Shown: one piece after another, positions 18,737 through 28,600 of the stretch
Numbering within the stretch: position 1 is the stretch's first letter
Layout of the letters: every line of letters starts with the position of its first letter
Virus record (IMG/VR): IMGVR_UViG_3300030106_005057
Span: 14,995 to 78,994 of that record
Direction: 5' to 3' (one strand)
Length of the DNA: 64,000 bases
DNA from: a virus
Translations under genes and position numbers: made by a program
The notes under the pieces: model-generated
Databases searched by the model: none
Told to the model about the DNA's origin: nothing
Seen by the model: the letters and a program-made list of their open reading frames with translations, nothing else

Positions 18737-21700
18737 TTAAGCTGAAGTTGAAGTTAATAATCCGTTAGTAAAATTGAATGTTCTACCACCAACAGAAAAT
18801 CCTGACGTTATTCCTGTTGTTGCAAAGTTGACTGTCCCGTTGCTATTGCTGAATGAGAGGCCCGACGAACTAACAAAGTTTAGGTTTGTCCCGGAAGCAA
18901 CTGATGCTCCAAAGAAATTGAAGTTATTCCAACCTTGATTTAGAAGACAGTTAGACTCGATCCATTCACAGTCTAAACTAAGGTTGAAACTCTGGCAAGG
19001 GTCTCCTGCGTCACTATTAGCTTCAATACCGCCTTCGGCGGTAATATTGATAACAGGTATCTGGCCCGGACATGGGAAGCCCTCACCTCCTCCAGTAGGC
19101 GCCCCTGTACCCGTAGAATTTCCGCTTTGAGAACATCCTGTTTCGACAGAGATAGTAACAGTCCCATCTCCATTATTTGTGACATCTATACAGTTTCCAG
19201 CTATTATATCGCCCGGACCGAGACCACCACCAGTGGCTGCTATAGTAAACTCGCAAGCACTATTCTCAGTAATTTGTATATTGGCGCCCTCGTTGAGCAC
19301 TATACCTGTACAGCCTTCATAGTCTACGGTAAATGTGCATGACTCTTCACTCTTAGTTACTGTTACGGCCCTTCCGCCATTTATAGTTATATCGTCACAA
19401 CTCAGTCCAGAGCCAGTATGAGCAATAATCCATCCACACTCACCATACTGACTGACGCTTATGCCCCCACTTCCGCTTATATTGAAACATGGAGGCATCC
19501 CTGTGACATCAATATAGTAATCACAATTTCCACCATAAGCCGTAGCTTTTAGCCCACTCCTCAAGTTGAGGTTTCTAAATGTCGCCCCTTCAAGTTTATG
19601 TATGGTCTTTATCGAGTATTGCTTGGCTGCGACTGCGACCTCTAGTCCGTCCTGAGCAAAAATCTTGTTTATTGGCTGCAGGGCAACAGCTGCAGCAGCT
19701 GGGCATGTGTTGTTTCCTCCACCATACATGCCAGATCCAATTGCAGGATCAAGGGCAATGTTTATAACTGGACAGCCACCTTCAGGGTTATTGTCATGAT
19801 ATAGCTCAAAACCACTGACAAAATTAAGGGCAGTATAGTTAGAGGTACAGGCTGTGAATTGAGATCCCCAACTGCCTGTAGGTGTGGCATTTGCGGCAAT
19901 AGGTAGGTCGAGCTCTATATAAGCATTGGTATCGCTAGAACAACAATCCTCATATCCCGCAAGAGAATCTACTTTTATATTATCTCCGAAGTATAATGCT
20001 TTAACTTTTCCTACACAGTCCTCTACCTGTTTACAACTATCTAGATAGTTAAGTCTGCTAGGATAAGTTCCTGTGACACACCCTGTATTGTAGACGCAAA
20101 TCTTGGGGTTCTTAGGATCAAAATCTCCAGAGCTAGCGTGCACAGAAGATCCTAGGGTATACCACTTATGATCGTTTGTATCGTAGTAAGCATTGACATA
20201 TCCAGAGCCAGAGCCTGATATTGAGTTAGTAGAAGGCACATTATGGAGGACTATATGAACTCCAGTGTTAGGGACTAGATTTCCACTAGTATCATACACT
20301 GGTGCTGGGTTCAATACTTGGACTTCTCCAGAGAGTCCCGGACCTATATCATTACCAGTATTTCTACAATGGACAATTCTAAAACTATTTGGAACAGTCC
20401 AAACACCTCTATCTCTATCATATCTCAAATCAACCGGAGCAACAGGCCAAGTTTTTGACTTCTTAAGCCATCCATTCATAAACTTGTCTGTAAGTCCAGT
20501 TGCTGCATACTCACCACTTCTGGCTGAATTAGGAGAGTCAGCCTCATTTGGTATAGGCTTTCCTTGCAGGTCATATCCCCAACCGTTTATCACGAGTGGG
20601 CCTCTTAGTGCTAGAAATCTAAAGTCATCTGGACAACTGTTGCCTTGTGCTACATAGTCTCTGAGTTCTGTTGTTCCATAGCCACCAGACTGATTGAGAC
20701 TGGTTCCAAACCCAACTTGCAATATGTCATGAAACCCACTCATATCGCCGGTCATAGAATGTTTTGCCTGACCTGAACTAGCAAGAGGGTCAAGGTAGCT
20801 AGCGTTTATAACTGGCTTTGTCCACTCAATGAATGGCCCATCAGGCTGGACTGAGTGTGCCTCGTTGCCCGTCACTATAGCAGTTTGAGTGTCATAACCC
20901 GGAAGATCTCCGTCTCCAGCTTTTGATACAGGACGAAACATGCCTTCTTGGCTCATGACAGCAGATGTCGAAAAGATATCGTCAGATCTAGCAGACTGTT
21001 TGCTAAATATTTGATTATCAGCGCCAGCAGTTAAGGCAAGGTCTTCATCATTATTTTCACTACTGCTTAAAGTACTGGATCTGCCCATCATCAGGTTCTT
21101 TACCTGATTCATATTTTCATTGCCTATGAATCCTTTTACGTGCTCTTTAATAGTTTGTAAAATGGACGGATCGCTTGAAGCTCCTTTATTAGCCAATGCA
21201 GCGATTTTCTTATTTTCTCTTTCTTGTTTCTTCCTCTCTGCCCTTAGCTTGGCTATCTCTTTTATTCTATTGGCATTGAGCTTAGACATTCTCCCAAAAG
21301 ATGGAGTAAAGGTAGCTAATTCATATGTTGTTGTAGCTCCCCCTTCGCCTATACTAACATTCAAGCTAGTTATATTAGGGCCGAATGTGCCATCCATAGG
21401 AGTAGTAGGCAAATACTTGTATGTGCCATAATTCGTCGTTGCGTTAGTAAGAGTATATGAAGTCCATGACTTTTGTGGAGATCTCAAGTCTTGCCCCAAA
21501 GCCTTTTGTGGGTATCCTACTAGCGTAAAGCCTCCTCTTTCTCCAGCTTGCATAAATGTCAAACCATCTGCAACCTTCTCTATTGCTCCAGATGTCATCA
21601 GGTCATACCCGTTGTAATTCCAAGGGGCAAGGTCAGTATCTTCTTCGAATCTTACAGGTCCCGGAGGTCCAATATATCCCCAAGGCCCATATCTTTGAGT

Positions 21701-24088
21701 ATTGCTAAGAATAGGTATTGCGAAGCCAGAAGTTGGCAATGCTTGAGGAGCAACAGCAAAACAGCTCTTAAGTGTCTGCCCAAACCAGTCACCTTTTACT
21801 ACTAGTTCCTCTCCTCCTAGAGCATCTGTTCCAGCTGGGCTAGATTTTAAATCTCCGGGAGCCTCAGTGCTAGTCTGTTTAGGTTTTCCGCTAAAGATAG
21901 GGGTTCCCACCTCTACTATAACAGCCGGCACAACGCCTGTTGCTGATCCTACTGGCTCTCCGGAACGACCGCCAGTTGGAAAAAGATAGTTCTTGCTGTC
22001 AACAGAAAGAGGGGAATAGAGACCGCTATTAAATCTTATATAGTCGTCGCCTTTAGGCTTGAAGTCTCCGCTCATTGAGCTGCTAGCTGGCTCCATGTAG
22101 TAACGAGCGATACCCTTTATTTTTGCAGTGTTTTCTTCTTCAAACCTTTCTATTCCTGTACTACCGAATTTTAAGTCTAAGACACCACTAATACCACTAG
22201 GAGGGAACGCGGCACTAGTTGGGGTATCAGAAAAGAAATTTAAGCGGCTTTGTCCAGCATCTTTATAGTAGCATATCTCTGGAACTTTTACGACATATTT
22301 TCTGCCGTAGTTAGCATCTCCAATAGCCTTAATGAAACTGTGTATAGCTTCTAGATCTTTCTTTATATTGCCTACAGGCTTAGCAAATGATCCTGAAGCA
22401 TCAACCTTTACAACATTAGGAATAGAATTAGCTGTAAGGTCATTAGCGTTATCCTTTTTTAGCTTGCTACTAAGACCAGCCATAGGGATATTTTTACCAA
22501 AATTGTTATCTTGCTTGAGCAATCTCCCGAATACTGTTCCAATATCACTAGCAAATAAATCTTGGTCGGTGCCTGTAATGCCTACAAAGCACGTATATGC
22601 AAGCCAAGCATCAAAGCTACCCATAGCCATCCTGAACTCCGTCTCACTTATACTGTAGTCGCTGACGAGTCCATTTAGTAAATTTTTGATCGGTTTTGAC
22701 AGATTGTTTTGAAGAGGTAGTATATCAACTAAGACATCGTGCTCAAGAAGGCCTTCTTGGTGATATCTATCTCCACTGAATATACTGACCTCCTGAAATG
22801 CACCCTTACTATCAAAGCCCCAATGCTGTTCAACAGGACACTCATGTAAGCCGGTAATCCCAACCCAATAATCAAGACCTAGCTGACCATTTGCTCCGGT
22901 AGGGACCACTTCATATGTTTGCTCTAAGTTAGCACCATAAAGAAATACTGATGTAGGCTCGTTCCTAAGCTCTCTACCCACATTTTTTGAAATTAGATAG
23001 TCGTTGTTAGTATTAAGAAAAGCCTCAATCTCACCTAAGTTTGGCTGGGCTCTTCTCTTGACTGTTCTTACCTTTATAACCTTATCAAGATTCTTAGTGA
23101 CGATCAGCTCTATATAGAAGTCGCAGCCAGCGTCTTGGCATACCTGAGATATTATGGATAATAGACTTTGACTGGTAGCTGATATTCTGTAGTATGTTGG
23201 GGCGAATGGTATCTCAGATATATCAACATAATATTCCGAAATTTTACCATTGCTATTAAAATTAGTTCCTAATGTAGCATTAGCTTTGTCATATTTGATC
23301 CTTCCCATATTCCATTGCTGTTGGGAAGGTCCGGCAGCCGTAAGGATTGAATGGCCTTTAAACTGCGCGTAACCTTTTGGGCTATATTTAGGATGAGGAT
23401 TTCCAGAAAGAAGAATTTGAATAGCTTCCTGAAGCCTTACCCAAGGAACTCCTTGGTCATTTTCGTTCGCGCCGCCAAAACCATCTGCAGGAGAGCCTAG
23501 AAGTGGATTTTCTTTACCCGCATTATCATCGTCCGGAAAGTTTGTGCTATCAAGTGTACATGGGCGGCATTCTAGATTGTCGTCAAGTAAGCATACATCT
23601 GGACTTATACTTTCGAGCCATCCATAAGCATTTACTAGATTGGGAACATCCTTAACCTCTCCAGCATACTCACCAGCTATAATTGTCATGTTCTCTAGGA
23701 GGAACCTAGGATCAGACAGAGTTACAGAATAAGTTGGATAGTTAGAGCTGTCATCTTTTTTAGACCAAGACTGGACTATCCCTGCAAACTCAAAATCTTC
23801 TACCCTGAAATAGACTGGTGCTCCTACCGTAGGCGACTGAAATCCGGGATCTGCAAGATTCCAAGTTTTTACCATTCCCGGTTTAGGATAATAGTATTTA
23901 AGTGATCCATCAGCAGGCGCACAAGGGTCTTCAATAAGCTCGATATTTAGACTGGATTCCTGCTCATTCCATCCCACCGAAGATGTGAACGATTTTACGC
24001 TACAGCCTAAAAATAAGGTCTGTTTGAATGGACCTACTATATTAGCAGGCAAAGCCGGGTTTGATAATGAACAAACTTGTTTTGACAT
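18737..24088 (-). CDS. tail tip hub/central fibre, Cys-rich C-terminus
   Basis: 1783 aa, second gene after the tape measure; beta-rich C-terminal repeats. Confidence 0.65.
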   Translation of the reverse strand: MSKQVCSLSNPALPANIVGPFKQTLFLGCSVKSFTSSVGWNEQESSLNIELIEDPCAPADGSLKYYYPKPGMVKTWNLADPGFQSPTVGAPVYFRVEDFEFAGIVQSWSKKDDSSNYPTYSVTLSDPRFLLENMTIIAGEYAGEVKDVPNLVNAYGWLESISPDVCLLDDNLECRPCTLDSTNFPDDDNAGKENPLLGSPADGFGGANENDQGVPWVRLQEAIQILLSGNPHPKYSPKGYAQFKGHSILTAAGPSQQQWNMGRIKYDKANATLGTNFNSNGKISEYYVDISEIPFAPTYYRISATSQSLLSIISQVCQDAGCDFYIELIVTKNLDKVIKVRTVKRRAQPNLGEIEAFLNTNNDYLISKNVGRELRNEPTSVFLYGANLEQTYEVVPTGANGQLGLDYWVGITGLHECPVEQHWGFDSKGAFQEVSIFSGDRYHQEGLLEHDVLVDILPLQNNLSKPIKNLLNGLVSDYSISETEFRMAMGSFDAWLAYTCFVGITGTDQDLFASDIGTVFGRLLKQDNNFGKNIPMAGLSSKLKKDNANDLTANSIPNVVKVDASGSFAKPVGNIKKDLEAIHSFIKAIGDANYGRKYVVKVPEICYYKDAGQSRLNFFSDTPTSAAFPPSGISGVLDLKFGSTGIERFEEENTAKIKGIARYYMEPASSSMSGDFKPKGDDYIRFNSGLYSPLSVDSKNYLFPTGGRSGEPVGSATGVVPAVIVEVGTPIFSGKPKQTSTEAPGDLKSSPAGTDALGGEELVVKGDWFGQTLKSCFAVAPQALPTSGFAIPILSNTQRYGPWGYIGPPGPVRFEEDTDLAPWNYNGYDLMTSGAIEKVADGLTFMQAGERGGFTLVGYPQKALGQDLRSPQKSWTSYTLTNATTNYGTYKYLPTTPMDGTFGPNITSLNVSIGEGGATTTYELATFTPSFGRMSKLNANRIKEIAKLRAERKKQERENKKIAALANKGASSDPSILQTIKEHVKGFIGNENMNQVKNLMMGRSSTLSSSENNDEDLALTAGADNQIFSKQSARSDDIFSTSAVMSQEGMFRPVSKAGDGDLPGYDTQTAIVTGNEAHSVQPDGPFIEWTKPVINASYLDPLASSGQAKHSMTGDMSGFHDILQVGFGTSLNQSGGYGTTELRDYVAQGNSCPDDFRFLALRGPLVINGWGYDLQGKPIPNEADSPNSARSGEYAATGLTDKFMNGWLKKSKTWPVAPVDLRYDRDRGVWTVPNSFRIVHCRNTGNDIGPGLSGEVQVLNPAPVYDTSGNLVPNTGVHIVLHNVPSTNSISGSGSGYVNAYYDTNDHKWYTLGSSVHASSGDFDPKNPKICVYNTGCVTGTYPSRLNYLDSCKQVEDCVGKVKALYFGDNIKVDSLAGYEDCCSSDTNAYIELDLPIAANATPTGSWGSQFTACTSNYTALNFVSGFELYHDNNPEGGCPVINIALDPAIGSGMYGGGNNTCPAAAAVALQPINKIFAQDGLEVAVAAKQYSIKTIHKLEGATFRNLNLRSGLKATAYGGNCDYYIDVTGMPPCFNISGSGGISVSQYGECGWIIAHTGSGLSCDDITINGGRAVTVTKSEESCTFTVDYEGCTGIVLNEGANIQITENSACEFTIAATGGGLGPGDIIAGNCIDVTNNGDGTVTISVETGCSQSGNSTGTGAPTGGGEGFPCPGQIPVINITAEGGIEANSDAGDPCQSFNLSLDCEWIESNCLLNQGWNNFNFFGASVASGTNLNFVSSSGLSFSNSNGTVNFATTGITSGFSVGGRTFNFTNGLLTSTSA

Positions 24089-24094
24089 ATTTAA

Positions 24095-25660
24095 CTAGTT
24101 ACACTCCGAATAAGCCCAGCTGACTTGTCTTGTATATCTTCCTGTTTTTGGATCGAACGTCTCATTGTCTGCCGTTCTATGATATTGATAGTTGGAAGTA
24201 AACTGACCCTCTACACCAGTAACAACGTCATTATAATTAGGTACATAGGAAAATGCCGTTGCTGCTACACATCCTACTGGAGGGAGTATTGTTGCTTCTA
24301 TGCTCAAGTCCCATGAAGACGCTGTCTTTGTTCCAATATCCTGAAATATGGGGCCAGCTGCTCTACCTAAGACAGTATGGGAAGCCACTACCGGCACTCC
24401 TTGATTCCTAGTCACATTAATAACCTCAGACAAAACCCCTGTATGGCAGTTCGCAGGCCTATTATCGTAAGTAAGGTTATAACTAACTGATCCCTCTTCT
24501 ATATTATAGTTATATGATACTGCTGTTGGGGCTCCAGTATTTAAAGAAATACCAGCCTTTCCACTAATATTACTAGCTAACTGAGTACTATACAAATGAG
24601 CTGCTCTGGTTCCAAAGATCCCTTGATCAATTGCTGCTGTAAAATATCCGCTAGCACTCTCGAAAGCTGTTTTGCTTGCTAATGGTCTGAGTAAACCTCC
24701 GCCGGGAGTTCCCGTCGCTCCCTGAGTATAGACTGGATAGCCTTTAACATCGCCTTGCAGGGCAATTGTTCCGTTCCCATTGTCAAGCGCAAAATCGCAT
24801 GCCAGTGTGAATGAGTCGGTTGCTGCATGTCCTGTGGGCCTACTTGATCCCAGCCCTGTAGGAAAACACAGAAAAGTATCATTAACCGTTAGCGTAGCTT
24901 CGTCAGGGTTTGCATCAATAGTTCTCTCGGTAAGAAATGGTTCAGTATTTGATGGAAGCTCTAATACTATGTTTGTCATCTCAGGAATTTTTATACTTGC
25001 TCCGTCTGGACCAAGAACCCCTGTTACATAGTCTAGTGCATGATAGAACCCAGATATATAAACGACGCCTCCAGCAGCAGCCTGACCCGTAGGGCTTGCT
25101 CCGGTATTGATCACTGCAGGATCGGTACTTTCTTGTCCCGAACCAACAGTAAGGCCTTTTGCACTTATGCTTCGGTCTATTTGTACAACTGCGTCTGTTT
25201 GTTCTGACCCAAACCTTATTGGTTTTGAAATATAACTATGATTATATGAGGTTGATGCACTTTCTAGATTAAGACCTGCTCCTAAGTAACCTGCCATTCC
25301 ACTCATGTAATTTCCGGGAATGACTATCTCTATATCATAAGTATCTGTGATAGACCAAAAGTTATCACTACTCTTTGACACAGAATCTACAATACCGCGT
25401 CCCTGAACCACTGGTTGACCGTCGCAGTCAGTTATCCGAAAAAGTTCCCAGTCTCGGGTAAGAGATTTCTGTAAATCTGAAGCTGACATCCCGAGGCCTT
25501 TAGCTCCTCCGCGTATATTGGTTCCCGCAAGAGTTATCCTATAAAGACCTCCTATTATTTGAGAGTTGTCCGTTTTTCTGAAAGTCTCTCTTTGAATAGT
25601 TACATTAGGTGATGGAGCAAATACATTTCCACCATACTCGACCGATACGCTCTCTGACAT
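24095..25660 (-). CDS. distal tail/baseplate protein
   Basis: Directly after the tape measure; beta-rich, T/S/G-rich. Confidence 0.55.
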   Translation of the reverse strand: MSESVSVEYGGNVFAPSPNVTIQRETFRKTDNSQIIGGLYRITLAGTNIRGGAKGLGMSASDLQKSLTRDWELFRITDCDGQPVVQGRGIVDSVSKSSDNFWSITDTYDIEIVIPGNYMSGMAGYLGAGLNLESASTSYNHSYISKPIRFGSEQTDAVVQIDRSISAKGLTVGSGQESTDPAVINTGASPTGQAAAGGVVYISGFYHALDYVTGVLGPDGASIKIPEMTNIVLELPSNTEPFLTERTIDANPDEATLTVNDTFLCFPTGLGSSRPTGHAATDSFTLACDFALDNGNGTIALQGDVKGYPVYTQGATGTPGGGLLRPLASKTAFESASGYFTAAIDQGIFGTRAAHLYSTQLASNISGKAGISLNTGAPTAVSYNYNIEEGSVSYNLTYDNRPANCHTGVLSEVINVTRNQGVPVVASHTVLGRAAGPIFQDIGTKTASSWDLSIEATILPPVGCVAATAFSYVPNYNDVVTGVEGQFTSNYQYHRTADNETFDPKTGRYTRQVSWAYSECN

Positions 25661-25670
25661 TATAAATCCT

Positions 25671-28600
25671 TTATGTTGCTGCGTTCATCTGAGACGAAAC
25701 CGCTTGTTGAAATCTTTGCTGCAGCTGAGGTTCTTGTGAGGCAATCTCTCTAATTGCACCAAGCTCAGCAAGTTGTTCAAATTCTCTACCAATAGTTGCT
25801 GGGTTTGTTAATGTTACACTTTGTTGTCCATTAATAGTTCCTTGTATTCCATTGGACTCAAGAGAACCAATTCTTGAAGCAAGGTTGTTCAGAGCATCTG
25901 TCATTGCTTGCGTAGTAGGATCATTTGCTGAGGCGTTTGCCATTGCTGTACTCTGAAGGTTCTCGATTTGGTTGCGAATCTGATCAGCTTGTGAAACTTC
26001 TTGAGGACTACTGCCCATTCCTCCAGCGCCTCCAGCATTGTTAGTAGCTCCTGCCACTTCCGAAGGCTTTCCACTTAGGGCTTCTGATTCGAATCTTAGT
26101 CTTTGTAGTGCCTCTCCCGCATCTAAGAATGACTGCTTGGCTCTTTCTGCTTCTTCTGTTAACTTCTGTCTAACCGGAAGCATTTGAGCTTCAGCATTTT
26201 TAAGTTTCTCTGCTGCTATTGCTTCTTGCTCCTGTATTATTTCTTCTCCTTGGGTTCTTTGTTCTCTTTGCTCAGCAGTGTCAACACCTACCATTGCGCC
26301 GCCACCAAGACTGGTCTCTCCACTCAAGAAGTCCATAGCTGCGCCACCATTTATTGTTGTAGGGCCTCCTAGTATTCCACCAGCAGATGCTAAAAATCCT
26401 CCTGCTATCGAGTTCCCTAACGTTGTTGCTTGTTCAGGTGTTATGAGTCCTTCTGCTACTAGCTGATCTCTACCTTGAGCTAGAGCGTTTGATTCTTGCA
26501 GTGTCAATGCTTCTCCAGCCTGAGCCTTTGCTAGTGCTGCTCTAGGAGCATCTATTTCAGCTCTTAGCTCTGCTACCTTTTGCAAGTCTCCAGATTCCAT
26601 AGCGGCAGCAAGCTCTCCTTGCAATGTCAAGAGCCTGTCTTGAGCACTCATTTTCCTCTTCTCTATGCCTTCTATATTCTTCTGTATAGCTGCAAGTTTG
26701 GTTGTGTCATCCGCAAGTATATCTAATGACTGTTTAGTTCCAGCTAATGCTGCTTCTACTTTTGCCAGCTCATCTATAACTCCTTGATCTACTGGACCTG
26801 CAGTCTCGTCTACTTGTTTCTGTAACTCCGCTCTTCTGTCCTGAAGGATATTTCTGTTAGATTGAAGTTGGCTAACCCCAATGCTTCCACCCGGACTAGT
26901 CACCGCACTTAATCCTACACCTTCAATCCCTGTCTGAGCAGCCGCCAATCTAGCGGAAAGGTCTCTATTAGCTACATCCCGAGGATCTTTTCCTTCGTCT
27001 CTGCCTAAAAATTGTGCTCTTCTTTGATCAATGTCTAACAGTTTGTTTGCAGTCTCTTTTCTCTTATTTATAAGCTCTATCTCAAACTGAGCTAATTGTA
27101 GCTGAGCCTGACGATATACATTAAGAGATTCTGCGGTGCTCGCTAAAGCATCTTGAAGTTTTTTGCCCATTTCTCCTATCTGAGAAGCTACTCCAGTTAC
27201 CAAGTCTGAGGTTATCTTGATAGCCCCACCGCCCGCTTCAGTCTGTCTTTTATTGAATTGAGCTTCAATATTCTTAACTAGTATATCTCTAGCGGCCCCT
27301 TCTGGCGCAGCTCCTCTAGCTTCAAGCTGTTTAAGTATAGCAGAACTAGCATCTTGAGCACTAGCGAACTCTCTTCCTCCTTCAGCACCAACAAGATCCT
27401 GCATCGCTCCCTTGAGTGCGAATGGTAGCTCTTGAGTACTCTTAAGTGTGTCTTGGAATCCTTTAGTAGCGCCTTCGTTAGGCCCTCCTGCCACATCTCC
27501 TATTGCAGCTTTTATGTTCTCTAAACCTGCTGCAATCTCGTCAGGTGTTGAAGTGTCCAAATTTTCAAAAGGATTTATTTGAGGCCCAAGTGCAAGTATT
27601 GCATCGGAACCAAAAGCTCTATCAAAATCAGTCGCAAATGAATCTGCAAACTCCGCAAATCTGTTAGCGGCCTGAGCTGTTATATTGTCTAGCTTAAGCA
27701 ATCCTTCTCCAAGGGCTTCTATTTGGAATGCAGTCTCCCTAGCAATTTTTTCCAGCTCTGCATTAGCAGCTGCCACCCTAAGAGTCTGTGCTGCAGCAGC
27801 CTGCTGCTCTTGCACAAGCTGTCTAACTTTGTTCGCTTCCTCAGCTGATGTTATACCAACAGCCGCTATTGCATCATTTATTTCTTCAGGTGAAGCCTCA
27901 CCTATGCTGTCTCCTAGCTCAGCTATTGCTCTACCAGCGTTTTGAGAAGCCTTCAGTGCACCTTCCGCTTCATTCAATGCATCACTATCCCAGAACCAGC
28001 CTTCTCCTCCTGCGTCCTTAGCTGCCTGCACTGCGGCCTGAGCGTCAGATATTTGTTGTTTGGCAATCTCCATAGAAGAAGCTCTGACAACATTAGAATA
28101 CTGCGTTACTAGCTCCGAACCTTCGCCTATCTTTTCACCTGCTGCCTGAAGAGCCGTTACCATACTCCCCGCGTCTCCGCTGAATGATATTGCTCCATCT
28201 GCTGCTGTTTCAAGTGACAGTCCAGCCTCTCCAATATTTCTAAGAGCATCTAAGTCTATATTTGCAAGTTCTGTAGTTGCCAGCTTTGCTACGTTCTCAA
28301 ATGCAGCTCTTGCGGTTGCTGCAAACTCTTCTGGCAATCCCTGTAAGGCTTTTGTGATTGCTTCTCTTTCATCGTCGCCCGATAATGCCTCTCTGGTCTC
28401 TGCTTTTCTGCGTTTTTTATTAGTCTCTTTTTCTTCTTCAGACATTCCAAGCTGTCCGGGAGCTGTAGACTCAAAAAATCCTCTTAAACTTCCGAAATCA
28501 ATTCCTGTTGCTTGTTCTGCAAGATTAGCGAGTCCATTGCCGACAACATCTAATCCTTTTCCTACGCCTGAAAACAAATTTCCAACAGTATCTATTGGAC

